Assembly (NCBI GenBank): GCA_051294905.1
Contig: CM119371.1
Coordinates: forward strand, 35,218,001-35,282,000
Source: Botryllus schlosseri
Taxonomy: Eukaryota
Length of the DNA: 64,000 nucleotides
Direction of reading: 5' to 3'
Shown: one piece after another, positions 11,837-26,277 of the stretch
How the letters are laid out: every line of letters starts with the position of its first letter
Numbering within the stretch: position 1 is the first letter of the stretch
Notes under the pieces: model-generated
The model's input: the letters and a program-made list of their open reading frames with translations, nothing else
What the model was told of the DNA's origin: nothing
Database searches by the model: none
Made by a program: the position numbers and the translations under genes

Positions 11837-13313
11837 CTGCTATTTTAGCTTTGATACGTAGGCTGTGCTAAAGAATGGAATTGTTTCAGTAAGTGTATAA
11901 TATCATTTAAAAAGATTTGCTGCACAATTCAATATATTGTTTAACGACATGTTTGTAATGACTCGAGTCGAGTCAATTTGTGTATTGACTCGACTTGTAG
12001 CTTACTTCGAAAATAACATTCCTTTCAAATTTTACTGGCTCCTTGATGAAATATATAGTTGGGTTGCCTAAAAGAAACGCTACACATTATATAGTGCAGT
12101 AGAAAATTTTGGATTTGAAAAAATAGGCTTATTTATGGTTGAAAATTCTTTGATTAGATTCATTATAGACCTACCTACCCTAAACACTAATTTTTCAAAT
12201 ATGGCTGATGACAGCTCCACTTATCTTCACTAAACAAATGAAGAGGGTGGACCACTTATTGTGATTTCAAAGACTATTCCAAGTTGTCTTGACGCCTTCG
12301 TAGCATTGCATTGCAATCTATGTATACAGCCAAATAATTATAAATGCATTAGGCAACAGACCATGTAGTTCCTTGATTAGCAAAATTCATATTAAAACAA
12401 GACATAACAAATCAAATGCATCAAAAAATTGCCTTAAAAAGCTAGTTTTTCAAGACCACAGACCATTTATATTAGCAAAATTAGTCTTGCAAACGACACA
12501 AAAAACTGATGCATCAAACATTGTCTCAATAAGATCAATATGTCTCAAAAGATGCGTTTTACATTGGTGGTTTATTGGTCTAATCTCAAGACCAAATATT
12601 TATGATTTGTGACAATTCAATCAATACGGTCTTAAAAAGCTAAATCAGTTTCAATTTTAAGACCTCACTTCATCAGATCAGTAAGACTGAAATCGCTGAA
12701 TATGACTTGAGACCAAATCATTGTGCTGTCAAGAATTAAGACCTAAAAGACTACTCCAACTCCAATGGAGACCTTTCTAGCTTTGCACTGTGTCGCAATC
12801 TATATGAAGTGAAATTGAAAAGAAATTGAAGAGCTCAACTGAACGAACCACGAACGAAACAAACCACTCCGTTTTTAATTGACACCTGATACTTTGCTAC
12901 CGCATATTATATTATATTGATGCATATTCTAAAAACCCAGGTAATCCAAAGAATGTGTTCCCGCATCGCGGCATCTCGAGAGATATAACAAACAAAATAG
13001 TTCCTGTTCTAGATCGATTCAGTCATCATGTGATATTTTTGTTCTTGACGTAATCGAATCACGTGACGTAAACAAAGTCATCAAATCGTTCGGGATCGGT
13101 GAACCAGTAAAGGAAAGCGAGAGATAGAGAGAGCGAGAAATAATCAAGATCACCAATCAAAAGCACCATTACCATCCTCCTCCTCATCATCATCACTGGT
13201 TTATTAGCAATTTCATCAGTTCAATACACCATAAATGCGATACAATGAAAAGATAGGAAGGTGTCGAAGCGACTTAGAGTAGTCTATGGAATCAGACCCA
13301 CCTTGGCCTAGGC

Positions 13314-14890
13314 CAGGGGTGGGCAACATACGGCCCGCGGGCCGGATCCGGCCCGCGAAGGGATTTTGTCCGGCCCGCGGACAGTTTTTCGTCTTATATG
13401 ACAATGTGGCCCGCGGCTACAGTCGGCCGAGATACCCCGCTCCTTGCTTACTACGTCAAATTTTAGTGACTGTACGTTATTTTATATATATATGCGGAGT
13501 GCGCAGCGTGCATGCGCAGTGCGCAGCGTGCGAGTGGAGCTTGTGCGTAAGTTCGTCGAAGCGAGAAGACTTGCATTATTTGGCACTTACGATGTACTCA
13601 ACCCTAATATCGTTTGTGGTAATCATGGTGTTTGTAGACTACAATGGTCATGTACACGAGACCGATATTTCTAATTTTTGATTCTGTAACCGCCGACATG
13701 TAGCACGGCACATGCACTTGTAGTCGTTTGTAAGACACCGCTTATGCCAGGAGTCGCCAACTCAAAACGGGTTGCGGGCCACTTTTCAAATTTCATAGAT
13801 GCCGCGGTCCGCATGAATTTAATATCGAGATAAAATAGGCCACACAGATAAACAACGGCGCCATCTCATCACCTATTCATCCCTAATGAATTGATATCTT
13901 GGTAAATTTGGGGTGCCGGGCTTATCGAATGCCTTGAAATAATAATTAGGGATTGCACCGTGTGTTGATTGATCAGAGCATAGTGTCCTATATGGTGTGT
14001 ACACAAGCAAATCTCACAGCTCCTTGAAATTGTTCTACGTCACACTTTCCCTTGGTCAAAGGCAATTTGACGGTAATTTTTGACCGGCTTGCCGAGCATT
14101 AAATTTGATAAAACGGGTATCAATCGAAAGCTACCGCAGTACTGATTGCGAAAATATAAATTCTATTCTGCCCGTGGTCCCGGAACCCCCCCAAAAAAGC
14201 TTCGAACGTTGCATTGTTTCGGAGTTTTGTATTATGACGCAACCATGCCGTCTGGGAGCAGGTGAGGAGCAGAGTAAACCGCAAACGTATTGGCCATTGC
14301 TGCGCAACCGATTGAGCAATGAGCATTCACACTCCTACTCTCGTGCGCGCTTGGTCCCGAGCAGCTCAGACGGCTTGACTGCGTTACAATACCAAACTCC
14401 GTAACAATGCAGCATTCGAGGCTGATTATTATTATTATTATTATTATTTTTTTTTTTTTTGGGGGGGGGTCCAGAACCGCGGTAACTTTCGATTGATACC
14501 CGTTTTATCAAATTTAATGCCCGGCAAGTCGGTCAAAAACTACCGTCAAATTGCCTTTGGCCGAATGGAAAGTGTGACGTAGACCAATTTCACCGAGCCG
14601 TGAGATTTGCTTGTTTCCACACCATATAGGACACTATGATCAGAGAGAGGCTGACATGGCGGCGCCTGTATGACAATGCTGTTCTCAAAGTCACATTATA
14701 TCCTCGTCATTATCGGCGAGAAATAGTTTCGAAGTGACATTGCTGTCGTTAAAATACATTCATTAAAGGCGATTTATTTCTTGTATATGTGGATAAATGG
14801 GTGAATAATGTATCGATTCAGCAATCCGGCCCGCCAAGTATTTAATTTTCCTATATCTGGCCCGCCGACTGGAGAAGTTGCCCGCCCCTG
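13314..14890. mobile_element. hAT (Charlie-like) MITE, family C
   Basis: CAGGGGTGGGCAAC...GTTGCCCGCCCCTG, 8-bp TSD GCCTAGGC. Confidence 0.9.
13979..14638. mobile_element. P-superfamily-like MITE nested in the family C element
   Basis: CATAGTGTCCTATATGGTG...CACCATATAGGACACTATG, ~160-bp TIRs, 7-bp TSD ATCAGAG. Absent from the second family C copy near 21360. Confidence 0.75.
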
Positions 14891-17342
14891 GCCTAGGCGA
14901 TGTAAAGAGGAGGCATGCACACTGAATGAAAAGTAAAGAAGATAGTATCGTATTATCGTAGTATCGATAGCTCGTCGACTGTCGGATGGCCAGTGGGATA
15001 CTGCTCCACACATTAGGTCAGGCATATTTGATGAAATGATGATCTTTTCTGTCGATCATATGATAATTGGACGACTTGGACGCGCGACGCGCGTGTGTTG
15101 TAGGCTACTTGTGCGCTTTTGATTCCGAGGAAAAAAAAGTCATTGAAATATTCGGGGCAACGACCGTTGTGGAACTGATACATGAACTTGGCGATTTCTC
15201 GTTTCCGCATATCTTCTATGTTTATGACACCGAATTTCTTCAGCAGCGATTTGTTTGATTGACAACCAGGCTCCTGTGGGGCCCTAGCTATAATACGGAG
15301 TGCCTTTATGTTGTAGTTTTGCAGTGGCAAGAGTGCAGTTTTGCTGGCAGAGTATCAGGAGAAACCAGGCCGACATGAAGCGTCTAAAGCGGGGGCGGGC
15401 AACATATGGCCCGCGGGCCGGATCCGGCCCGCGAAGGGATTGTGTCCGGCCCGCGGACAGTTTTACGTTTTACATGATGATGTGGCCCGCGGCCCTAGTC
15501 TGCCGAGATTTACCACTACTTGCTTACAACGTCACATTTTAGTGACATGCATGTTATTATACGTATATGCGCAGCGTGCTAGAGTGGAGCTTACGCGTAA
15601 GTTCGTCGAAGCGAGAATACTTGCATTATCGGCATTTGCGATGTACTCAACCCTAATGTCGTTTGTGGTAATCATAGTGTTTGTCGACTACAATGGTCAA
15701 TTACACCAGACGGATATTTCTTGTTTTTCATTCTGTAACCGCCGACTTGTAGCACGGCACACTTCTAGGCTTTTGTAAGACGAAAACACTGCTTATAGTC
15801 CAGACATGGGGTGATTACTTCATGAATGTAATCGATTGCGATTACGATTACTTCAGAATCACGCGATTACGATTACGATTACGATTACAGCAAAATCGGG
15901 AAGTAGTCGATTACGATTACGATTACAATGGAAAAGTAATCACGATTACTCACGATTACATTTATTTTGCATCGTAGTAGTTATGTTGGAAGACACTACA
16001 TGGATTGCGCTGGAAAGGCCCAATGATATACCAACTGTCTTGAAAAAAGATGGGACGCTTCCTTGTTACGTCATAATGCACCCATTGCCCATTTTATAGA
16101 GGACGGTTTATCGTACCCAATGATTTGTATTGCCAGGTCCATAACTGCCGCACCCCCAATTCCCCACTAGGTTGGGGAGCGTGGTTGGAGGTGACTCAAA
16201 AGTATTTTGTAAACCAACATAAATTATAGAGCATTTTCGCGAGATTTCATTAACTTGGAATATCTCTTTGAGCTTTGCGATTTAATTGTCTCTAGATAGC
16301 TTGATTTTGAAATGCATACGTCTCCCCTTGTAGAAATAAAGCATGCATAATTCATAGTAATAGGCATTTAGGTGCCAGTCAATACCGCTCCTCGACACAT
16401 CAAAAGACATATGCAGTTTCGGCCAACATGAGACTCCACGAAGTGTGCTATTAAAGAATGACATTTGCCAAAACTTAGGGTATGTGTCCATAGCCGCGCT
16501 GGCTGGGCGTGACTAATAGTCCATTTTTTCCAATCTGAGCCCACGATGCAAATGCCACCCGGGCACCCACAGAGCATTAGACATGACAATTTGTGTGTGC
16601 GTCTCACGCAAGTTTTTCATTTAGTCTGCTCTTTGGGCCACTACAATCAATATCGTTTGGCTATACAACAGACAGGAGGTCACGAATTAACAACATACAA
16701 TAAAGTAATTATTGCAAGACACCAAATGTTATATTATGAATTACGCCGCCCCCTCCTCCCGCTGTTCAGGTAAATCTGACCATCAGGCGCTGAGATAGGA
16801 TTAGAAATGCAATATAATGCAATTACCAATATTATTGACGAAATTACATCTTCAACTTCAAAATTGACTACCCTATGAGGGCCCAAGACCAAAGTTTGGT
16901 TGGGGGACGCTTTTGTTGTTTTAATCCAGATTCTAGCTACAACCCACGCTAACATGGTATATAAGCCGATGACTATGGCGGCAGGTTCAAATGTTCAGTT
17001 AGGAATTGTGAAAGAGCGACCCGTTTTGGGTAGAATATTATGAGAATAACAGAAAGGGAACATAAAATTCTGCCTTCAACTTAATGCAGATAATGTAATG
17101 CAAGCTGCCATTACGAGAAACGGCAAACAACGGCCCAGTTATGATGATTATATCAGCAGCAGCTGTTGATTTTAATGCTTCGTTGTGGAAATCGTAATGT
17201 TTTATTTGGCGAGTACAGAATTTTAAACCTTTGTCTGCTGTACGTTCGTACCATATAGGCCTACTGCTCGCCAAGCAGCAACGGTGAAACTGCATTTAAC
17301 TATAGAATTAGAACTATTACATTCCATAGTTTAACTAAGCAT

Positions 17343-18345
17343 TAGGGATGGTGTGAACGTGAGGTTCACGTTCGCGTTCTGTGTGTGAACCTCGGAAATT
17401 TAGAGGTTCGTGTTCACAACATAACCTTGGTAGGTTCTGCACTGTGAACCTTTTGGTAAATTGTAATTTTCACTCCATTAAAAGATCTTTGGCTCAAATT
17501 TATTGCATTTCAACGGCGAGCCACTCCATGCATGGTGCTGGCAGCAAAAGAAAATCAACGCTTAACGAGCATGCATCATGCACCTCGACAACCTTAATGT
17601 TTTAGTTGCTTTGTTGCAAAAATTTTCTCGGAATAACCAGCTTTCCGTTTGTGAATATTTAGTGACTATCTGCTGTGAGCTTGACCCGCAATCACACAAC
17701 ATCACGAGCGATATACGTAGTCAGCGAATGATGCTTATTCAACCAATCAATGACATTGATATCGTCTTCTGATGTAAAAAATCGTACGGGCGTACGGGGT
17801 CAATCTTGACTTCATTTCTTTACTGTATCATTAAAACCAAATCCGTGCGATTAAGGTGCTTGCTACTGCTGCATAACTTGTTATTGTTCGTGGTATCGGT
17901 AGCGAGTATTGAAACCCGTTGTACACTCTGCTCCATATCAATGTAGCAATACTCAGACTCCGAACACATTGTCCGGTCTGGCTAAGACCGTTAAGGGGTA
18001 AGCTTATATTCCTTGGTAAGTCCTCGTCGAAATTGTTGGCAAAGCGACGGAATGTATTGATTTTACGCAATTATTATATCCTTTGATTACCGCTGTTGAT
18101 ACATTTAGCGACGTTTAAAACGCCGTTATGTACTTCAGCATTGTGGCATTATGTGGACCGAGTCTTCGCTAGGTAGCCTATCGTGTACTTTAATATAGGC
18201 TATCACTTCATTGGAAGATAGGGTTGGAATTAGCAATATGACGTCACGTGACGTCACGAGGTTCACGTTCGTGTTCACACAGAACCTTTCAAAAAGGTTC
18301 GCGTTCACACGAACCTGAAACTTTCAGAGGTTCACACCATCCCTA
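17343..18345. mobile_element. hAT MITE family E, copy 1
   Basis: TAGGGATGGTGTGAAC...GTTCACACCATCCCTA, 8-bp TSD CTAAGCAT. Confidence 0.9.
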
Positions 18346-18517
18346 CTAAGCATAACCAAACATCAATACAAAAGTTGCTATTTTAACTTAGGCAGAGAGG
18401 TGATTATGATTAATTATCATGATGCGAGGTAGTGGTGTCTGAAATGTATTGATAAACCGATCTCAGCACGGTGGGTTTTCTTACAATCACACAAATGTAC
18501 ATCGAATATCTATTTAC

Positions 18518-20764
18518 TAGGGATGGTGTGAACCTCTGAAAGGTTCGGGTTCGTGTGAACGCGAACCTTTTTGAAAGGTTCTGTGTGAACACGAACGTGA
18601 ACCTCGTGACGTCATATTGCTAATTCCAACTCTATCTTTCAATGAAGTGATGGCCTATATTAATATACATACCTAGCGAAGACTCGGGTCACATAATGTC
18701 ACATTGCTGAAGTACATATTGTCGTTTTAAACGTCGCTAAATGTGATAACCGCGGTTATGAAGGCATATAATAATCTCATAAAATCAATACATTCCGTCG
18801 CTTTGCCAACAATTTCGACGAGGACTTACCAGGGAATATAAGCTTACGCCTTAACGGTCTTTGACAGACCGGACAATGTGTTCGGAGTCTGAGTATTGCT
18901 ACATTGATATTGAGCAGAGTGTAAAACGGGTTTCTATTCTCGCTACCGATACCATAAACAACAAGTTATATAGCAGCAGCCAGCACGGATTTGGTTTTAA
19001 TGATACAGTAAGGACAGGGCCGTAACAGCACTTCGCCAGGCCCCCCCAAAACTTTTGTATTGGGCCCCCCATATGATGATAAACCGAACTTCTGGGGGGC
19101 TTCGCCCCCCAGACCCCCCTCAGGCTGTATCCTGTACACCGTTAACCACAACTTATCATCTTACATGGGGCTCCGTTCACTGGGTACGCTTTTCTCGACT
19201 AAACGCGCGAAGCGCGGAAAAATTATGTAATTCGTGATTGAATCGGTAAATATGATCGGGAATTGCATACGTATTGCTATCAATTTTTACCCTCTCTCTG
19301 CTCACCTAATCAGATTAATAATTAAATATTTAATAATTAAACATCTTCGGGCGTATACCCATTGACAGGAACGAAACAGCACTTCGTCAGGCCCCTAAAA
19401 AATCTTGGGTGTTGGGCTCCCATAGGGTGATAAACCGACCCCCAATGACGTTCGCTTTGCCACGAAATTAGTCGTACTGTTTAGTGAGCCAGCGCCAAGC
19501 GCGAAATTTTTCGATAATTCATAATAAAATCGGTCAATAAGATCGGGAATTGCATATATATTGCTATCAATTTCTTGTCCTCTCTGCTCACGTAATCAGA
19601 TTTACCGGCAGAGCTGAGTGAGGTGTCTTGGAAACTGTAGGGCCCGTTGGTATGACTCCGTAACATAATGGTATTTCGTGACCTCCTTTCTGCTATATCA
19701 AAAAATATAGAATCGCCCAAACGTATGCTACTAAACTAAAAGACACACACGATTTCAAATTGGTATTTCTTCACCGGTATATAATTTTCCCCTGCGGGAT
19801 GGTATTTGTCTTGTGAGGTTCAGATTGCCAAGACAGGAACATTCGGCGCCAGTCATTTAGGCGCCTTTGGACAATTAAACCTACATGTATTTTGTATGTA
19901 TAACGAAGCTTTCGGTCAGCATAAGGGCCGTCCTTTTCGGCCAAGGTTTTCTCACTGCCGATCGTTCTAGCACATTTCTTGGAGTCGCATGTTACATGGC
20001 CTAAAACTTTATATGCCTTGGTACATCGTGGCGCGATAATGACCAACGCCGATATGCCGATTTCCATAAATCTTGCTTATTTTTTTTGGGGGGGGGCAAG
20101 AATACTCCAAAATCAAGATATGTGGCAGCTTGAAATCGCGCGCAGCGCGAAAATTTTTTGAAAAAGTTGCATAAATTTTAAAAAATACTCTATAATTTAT
20201 GCTAATGCACGAAATAATTTTGGGCCCCCTTCGAGCTCGGGCCCCCCCCAATTGGGTGGTTTGGGGTGCGGCAGTTACGGTGCTGAGTAAGGATATGAAG
20301 TCAAGATTGACCCCGTACGCCCGCTCGATTGTTTACATCAGAAAACGATATCAATGTCATTGATTAGTTGAATAAGCATCATTCGCTGACTACGTATATC
20401 GCTCGTGATGTTGTGTGATTGCGGGTCAAGCTCACAGCAAAGAGTCACTAAATATTCACAAACGGAGAGCTGGATATTTCGAGAAATTTTTTGCAACAGA
20501 AAAGCAAGTAAAACTTTTAATGTTGTCAAGGTGCATGCTCGTTTAGTGTTGATTTTTTATGCTGCCAGCGCCATGCATAGAGTGACTCGCAGTTGAAATG
20601 CAATATATTTTAACCAAAGATCTTATAGTGAAGTCCGAATTACAATTTACCAAAAAGGTACACAGTGCAGAACCTACCAAGGTTCTGTTGTGAACGCGAA
20701 CCTCTAAATTTCCGAGGTTCACACACAGAACGCGAACGTGAACCTCGCGTTCACACCATCCCTA
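18518..20764. mobile_element. hAT MITE family E, copy 2 (opposite orientation)
   Basis: Same TIRs, 8-bp TSD CTATTTAC. The interior is the reverse complement of copy 1. Confidence 0.9.
19015..20285. mobile_element. hAT MITE nested in family E copy 2
   Basis: CAGGGCCGTAAC...GTTACGGTGCTG, 8-bp TSD AGTAAGGA. A related end occurs near 16133. Confidence 0.85.
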
Positions 20765-21717
20765 CTATTTACTATGTGTGGATACTTCCTACGCAAAGAC
20801 GAGCAAAGCTAATAGGCTACCTCTGACGTAATAATGAGCAGTGACTTTTGAAAATCAGACGTTTGTGCTCTCAATAACTGGTATAATATCTCTTCCTTGT
20901 TCACGAGTGTTCAGTTCATGTCACAGTCCTTGTACAAATAAAAAGTAATCGTTCCCACACAAAGAAATCGATTAAATATGGGAAGTAGTCGATTACGATT
21001 ACGATTACTTCGGGATTTTTCCGAATGTAATCGATTGCGATTACGATTACTTGAAAATGCTGTAATCGTCGTAATCGATTACGATTACTAATCGCGATTA
21101 CCCCATGTCTGGCTTATACCAGGGGTCGCCAACTCAAAACGGGTCGCGGGCCACTTTTCAAATTTCGTAGAGGTCGCGGACCGCATGAATTCATTATCGA
21201 GATTTCTCAGGCCACACAGTTGAACATTATGAACAACGATGCTATCTCGTCACCTACTCAACCCTAATGAATTTATATGTTGGTAAATTAGGGGTACCGG
21301 GGTTATCGAACTCCTTGAAATCTTAATTGAGGATTGCACCGTGTGTTGATTGATCAGATAGAAGCAGACATGGCGGCGCCTGTATGACGAAAATGCTATT
21401 CTCAAATCCACATTGTCTTCGTCATTATCGGCGAGAAATGGCTTTGAAGTGACATTACTGTCGTTAAAATGTATTCATTAAATGCGATTTATTCCTTGTA
21501 TATGTGGAATGTGGATAAATGGGCGAATATTATATCGATTCAGGAATACGGCCCGCCAAGTACTTAAATATCCGGCCCGTCGACTCGAGAAGTTGCCCGC
21601 CCCTGGTCTAAAGGCTGTAGAACAGGCCCCACCCAGTGGCGTAGCAGCCACTTGGCGGTTCTGGCTCTGCGCCAGGGGCGGCAGGCTCCAAGGGGGCGGC
21701 AAAATGAGGATGCACAG

Positions 21718-21960
21718 TGTGTGTGAGAGAGAGCGATGACATTCTTTTTCGCCAGCACCATCGAGATGCTTTGACGACGGAGATGCGATACGGACTTTAT
21801 AGTCTGCAAACCCATTTTTCTCCTCCGTGATTGCTGAGCGCCTAGCGGGGTAACCGCGGATACCAGTTTTCGAGTCTCTAGTCTGACCCGGCTGGGTATC
21901 GAACGCACGACCTACCGATCAAGAAGCCGGACGCATCAACATTACACTATCTCGCTCGGC
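21718..21960 (-). mobile_element. tRNA-derived SINE
   Basis: Reverse-complement homologue of 60702-60979, with B box GTTCGATACC and a (CT)n/(CA)n tail. Confidence 0.75.
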
Positions 21961-22446
21961 ACAGTGTACACAGCCGGCTAAAATAAGCGTAATTGGTAGT
22001 CCTATAGCTGGCGTCCCGTGAGCTAAAATTTAATCAAACAGGTTGCAATCGAAAGCTAGTGTCCCGCTAATTCCGAACACACGAAATAATATGTTAACAT
22101 GGCAATGGAACCACTCCCAAAAAGTCGTCAAGGTCGATTGTTCGGAGAGTTCTCAGAAAAAGGAGAATGCCTGCCGAAAAATCAGAAGATGCTGGCCTCA
22201 GTGTTGCTGAAGAAGCTATACGATGCATGTTTCAAACTTTGGATTGATTTAAACTTGAAGCTGAAACTAGGTCTACCGGCATACATCACTTAAATGATAT
22301 GTCTGGACTTTTGAATTCCCACGTGCTGTGGCAATGCGAAAGTCACAATTTATTCACCAGCGCTTTTAAGCACTTATGACGACGAGGTGGACTTTTTGGA
22401 GTTCGCTCCGAAAATTGTCAGCTCCGAAAATTGTCATGCCTTATAC

Positions 22447-23177
22447 CAGTGGTTATCAACCTTTTTCGTCGTCTCGTGCCTCCCTTGGCCGATATTTGTG
22501 CTAGAATCCCCCCACCCCTTATGAAAAGTGTCCTATGACTAAAAAATGTGTTTTTAATGCGCAATCATTTGTTAACTGAGCAATTTATGGCCAAAAATAT
22601 TCAGATATGTCCGAACTATGGCGAGTACGGACCGCGCTAAACTTTGATAAAGTAGCCTACAGTCAAATTTGACCGGTTTTTTTACGGGTCGCGTAGCCGC
22701 TGACTAAAAATAATTCACCAAGTCCGCTTGGTATGGACTTGAGTTAAATCGATGAATTTGGTACGATATGTTTTTCACGTTAGCTCATATGTTGGCTTAG
22801 ACAGTTATACAATTTCACTAGTGGCCTTGTGCATTCAGCTTGACGTTTTCCTGCTTAGTAGCAATTCGGTCGAGAGGCTGTCGCGGACCCAACGAAATCG
22901 TCTCGTGAGCCTCACTTTATCAGGGGGTGTAATATATACGGAAGGCATTTAAACATACGCCTAGCTTGAAATCCGCCAAAGAAACATATACGATTGTAAA
23001 GAACTAATTTCTACTTAACAGTTCTATACCATAGAAATCTAAAAACTTTGCGAACCCAGTGTATCTTCCGATACAATCCCAAAGCCAGATTTCCCCTAAA
23101 AAATTAAGCCAGATTCCCTCCTAAAAATTTCAAAATTCCCCTCCCCCCAATGGGGACCCCCCGGTTGGGAACCACTG
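22447..23177. mobile_element. hAT MITE
   Basis: CAGTGGTTATCAACC...GGTTGGGAACCACTG, TSD CCTTATAC/CCTTATAT. Confidence 0.8.
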
Positions 23178-23529
23178 CCTTATATCTTCGAATTAGGGAT
23201 CATATAAATCAGAAGATTGCTATAGCTTTTCGTACAAACCAATATGAGGCCTCTAGGACGTACACAAATTAAGATAAGATCAAATGAAGTTGTTCAACTT
23301 GAGCTTTTAAAAGGGATAAGAGGCTGGTGCGAAGCAGTGGAACCACGTTTGATCGTAGTGCAACAGCGTTCGATGTTTTACATTGGTTATATAATGCAAA
23401 GCTACTTCATTCGACACCATATTTAGGCTCGTGTCTGAAACTTTATCTGACCATTGGTGTTTCAATTGCGAGTTGTGTGAGAAGCGAGAGCCAGGGGCGG
23501 CAGCACATGTTGCTACGCCAGTAGCCCCA

Positions 23530-24065
23530 CCTCGGTGATAATTTAGTGTCTAGGGACTGAATATGACTCTTCCAGGACATGTCAGAGTCCAATAAAATCC
23601 CGAGATATTTGGCATCATCTGTGTTTGAAACGAGCTGACTAGCGATGTTAACGCGGTTAGGTCATCTTTTGAATATACTGTCAGCAGCTCGGATTTCGAG
23701 GCCTTGATGCAAAGGTTATTTTGGGGTGTCCACTCATGCACTTTGGGCAATTGGTCACTAGTAAGGGCATCCAGCTCTGCCGACGAAGATGCGGAAGAGA
23801 GGAGGTGAGTATCATCAGCGAGCACCGAACACTGTGGTGTTCAATGAGGAGGATTCAAAAATGTCGTTGATCGATAAGGTGAAGAGGATCGGTCCAAGTA
23901 CTGATCCTTGGATTGAACCACAGCTTACCGGGTGGGGAGAGGACAAGGTGTTTGAGATTGCAACCGTTTGTTGGCGTCCAGTGAGGTAACTTTTCATGAG
24001 CTCAAGTTGTGGGTCCCGAAATCCGTAACGCGCCAATTTCGAGATGAGAATTTTATGATCTACCA
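23530..24065 (-). mobile_element. Frameshifted non-LTR reverse transcriptase fragment (CR1/L2 group)
   Basis: VDHKILISKLARYG...SYLTGRQQ...QGSVLGPILF...INDI, followed by ADDT in a shifted frame. Confidence 0.85.
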
Positions 24066-24543
24066 TCTCAGTTATCGGCAAACTTGTGGTTCGCATGTAA
24101 TTTACTACAGGCCCGCAAAATTATCTGTTGCAAGTGTAGATTCATATATATAATATAATTGCTCAAAATCTAGTTCGTGTCTTCAAATTATATCTTTTCA
24201 TCCGCTCAAGACACACACTATAGGTGCTGGCGATTGTCCCTCACGAGTGTCATCGGCTCTAAAATGGGGGAGGGGGGCTTGCAGCTGCGAAATGGTCCGT
24301 TAAAAACGAGTCTAGGCCAGGTGGGTGTCTGATTTCGAACCCTACTCCAACAAGTCGTTTCGACACCTTCCTATCTTTCATTGCATCGCAGTCTTGTGGT
24401 GTATTGAAATGATGAAATTGCATGTTAGCAATATGATCAATTCAATTGAATTGAAGGTGGGTGGCTGAATACTATATTACCACACTGCCAGACAACGTTG
24501 ACACCTCCTATCCAGTGGCGTAGCAGCCGCTTTGGCGCTTACG

Positions 24544-26277
24544 TAGGGTTACCATACGTCCTCTTTTAAGAGGATTTGTCCTCTTTTTTGAGTTTTTTGA
24601 AAGTGTCCCCGGAGGACGCCCTTTTGTCTTCTTTTTTGAGATTTTGTCCTATTTTTTGAAAATTTAGGTCACATTTAGAGCAAAATGCGAGTGAAATGCC
24701 GTAAATCAGCACAGAAGTGACGCTCCGGCGGCCGGCGGGTATTTCGGAGTGAAAAACGGCGATTTGAGCTCTGAGCGTAAAGTTGACCTTTTATTATATT
24801 TTTTTAGTCATCCACCTAGCAATGTGGATAAATAAACGGTATGTGACCTGTCAGGTCAACATAATAAGATTTCAAGTAAATATAATTGAACAGATTGAAA
24901 CTATATCAAAATTTGGGCTGTGCCACCGTATCACTGCATGACGACGTCTCAGACATGAAATTCAATTATACACAACCTCCCTCCGTTCGCACAAACTTGG
25001 TTGGCGGATTTTCATAAAAGTCAACTCCAACGGTAGGCCTACATAAGCAAAAGAACTATAACGCCCCCCCCCCCCCCTGACAACGCAAAGTCGGTGGTCT
25101 AGTTATTATTAAACGAGGTTAATTTATTAGTAATCAAATCAGGGCCGTAAGCTCAAAGCGGGCTCAAAATTATTACGTAGATCGTAAACATAAATTATAC
25201 AGTGGAGATTTATTCAAATTGATATTTTTTTGCGCCTCGCGCGATTTAATGTCGCTAAATGTCTTCATTTTAATATAACACCCCAGTTGATGTACCAAAA
25301 AAATAAGCATATTATCTGTTAAGTGACATTTTGATCCCCCATCCCTCGAGATGTTTGGTTGATCACCCCAAGACCAAACTTCTTTTTGGTGGGTTGACAG
25401 AAGTCCTGCTTCGGGTTCTGATCCTAACACCTGTATAAAATTATATATTTTCATCTACACAAGACACAATATTATAGGCTGAGATAGGCCCCGATGTCCT
25501 TTTTCAGAGGATTTGTCCTCTTTTTTCAATAAAACTAAAATATCATCCGAGAACGCCCAAATTATAGAAATTAAACACCTTCCTATCTTTTCATTGTATC
25601 ACAGTCTTGTGGTGTTTTGAATTGATGAAAATTCCTAATAAACTTAACTGAATGAATAGACAGGAGGACGTTTCAACGATGTCCCAAAATATAGGATCCA
25701 CCTCGGCCTAGTATCCGATGCCACAGTCCTGTAAACAATTGACACAACACAAGAGACGATCGTAGTCCAGATAATCCTCCGACTATTCGGTGCTGACGAG
25801 AATCGAGCCAGCTTTTCATGCATAGATGGCGGTGTATTTCGCTCCTGCACCAACTCCGCTTGAAGTAGGGGTACCATACGTCCTTTTTTAAGAGGATTTT
25901 GTCCTCTTTTTTCAATAAATTGAAAGTGTCCTTGGAGGACGCGTACATGTCCTGTTTTTTGGGAATTTGTCCTCTTTTTCTTTGAAAAGGATTAAACTGC
26001 CATGGAAAATGCGACTCCGGCGCATCAAACGTCAGAGTTTCAGAAGAAGCGGGGTAAATCGGGCGTCGTAACAAAGTCATGACCTTTTTAGTAAACACGC
26101 CATACACTATAGTAAAAAGCTAGTAATTCGGGAGTCTAGTCAAAGTAATGACCTTTTTTTCGACACAGTAGCCTACTTTCGGTCGGAAAATTTGAAACAA
26201 TACCAGTTTTACTGCCTGGTGCTGAAGGTTTCAGAATTTATGGTCTCTTTTTAGGATCTCGGAATATGGTGACCCTA
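24544..26277. mobile_element. Composite region of TAGGG(T/G)ACCATA-ended MITEs with LINE tail fragments
   Basis: TAGGGTTACCATA at 24544, a related end at 25866, and the inverted TATGGTGACCCTA at 26277. Shared GTCCTCTTTT subterminal repeats. Confidence 0.55.

Larger units (their letters stand above)
13183..15345 (-). mobile_element. CR1/L2-group LINE 3' fragment interrupted by a hAT MITE
   Basis: Same 3' UTR and ORF2 tail as 8095-8822. Split at GCCTAGGC by the element at 13314-14890. Confidence 0.8.
15801..21111. mobile_element. hAT-like element with CGATTA subterminal repeats
   Basis: CAGACATGGGG...CCCCATGTCTG, (CGATTA)n arrays at both ends, imperfect GCTTATA duplication. Confidence 0.75.
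15390..21605. mobile_element. hAT MITE family C, copy 2, host of a multi-level nest
   Basis: Same TIRs as 13314-14890, 8-bp TSD GTCTAAAG. Confidence 0.9.

Noticed and set aside
15830..15960. CRISPR-like or regulatory repeat arrays (CGATTA, GACTCGAGTC)
   Set aside because: No unique spacers or cas genes. These are subterminal repeats of eukaryotic DNA transposons.
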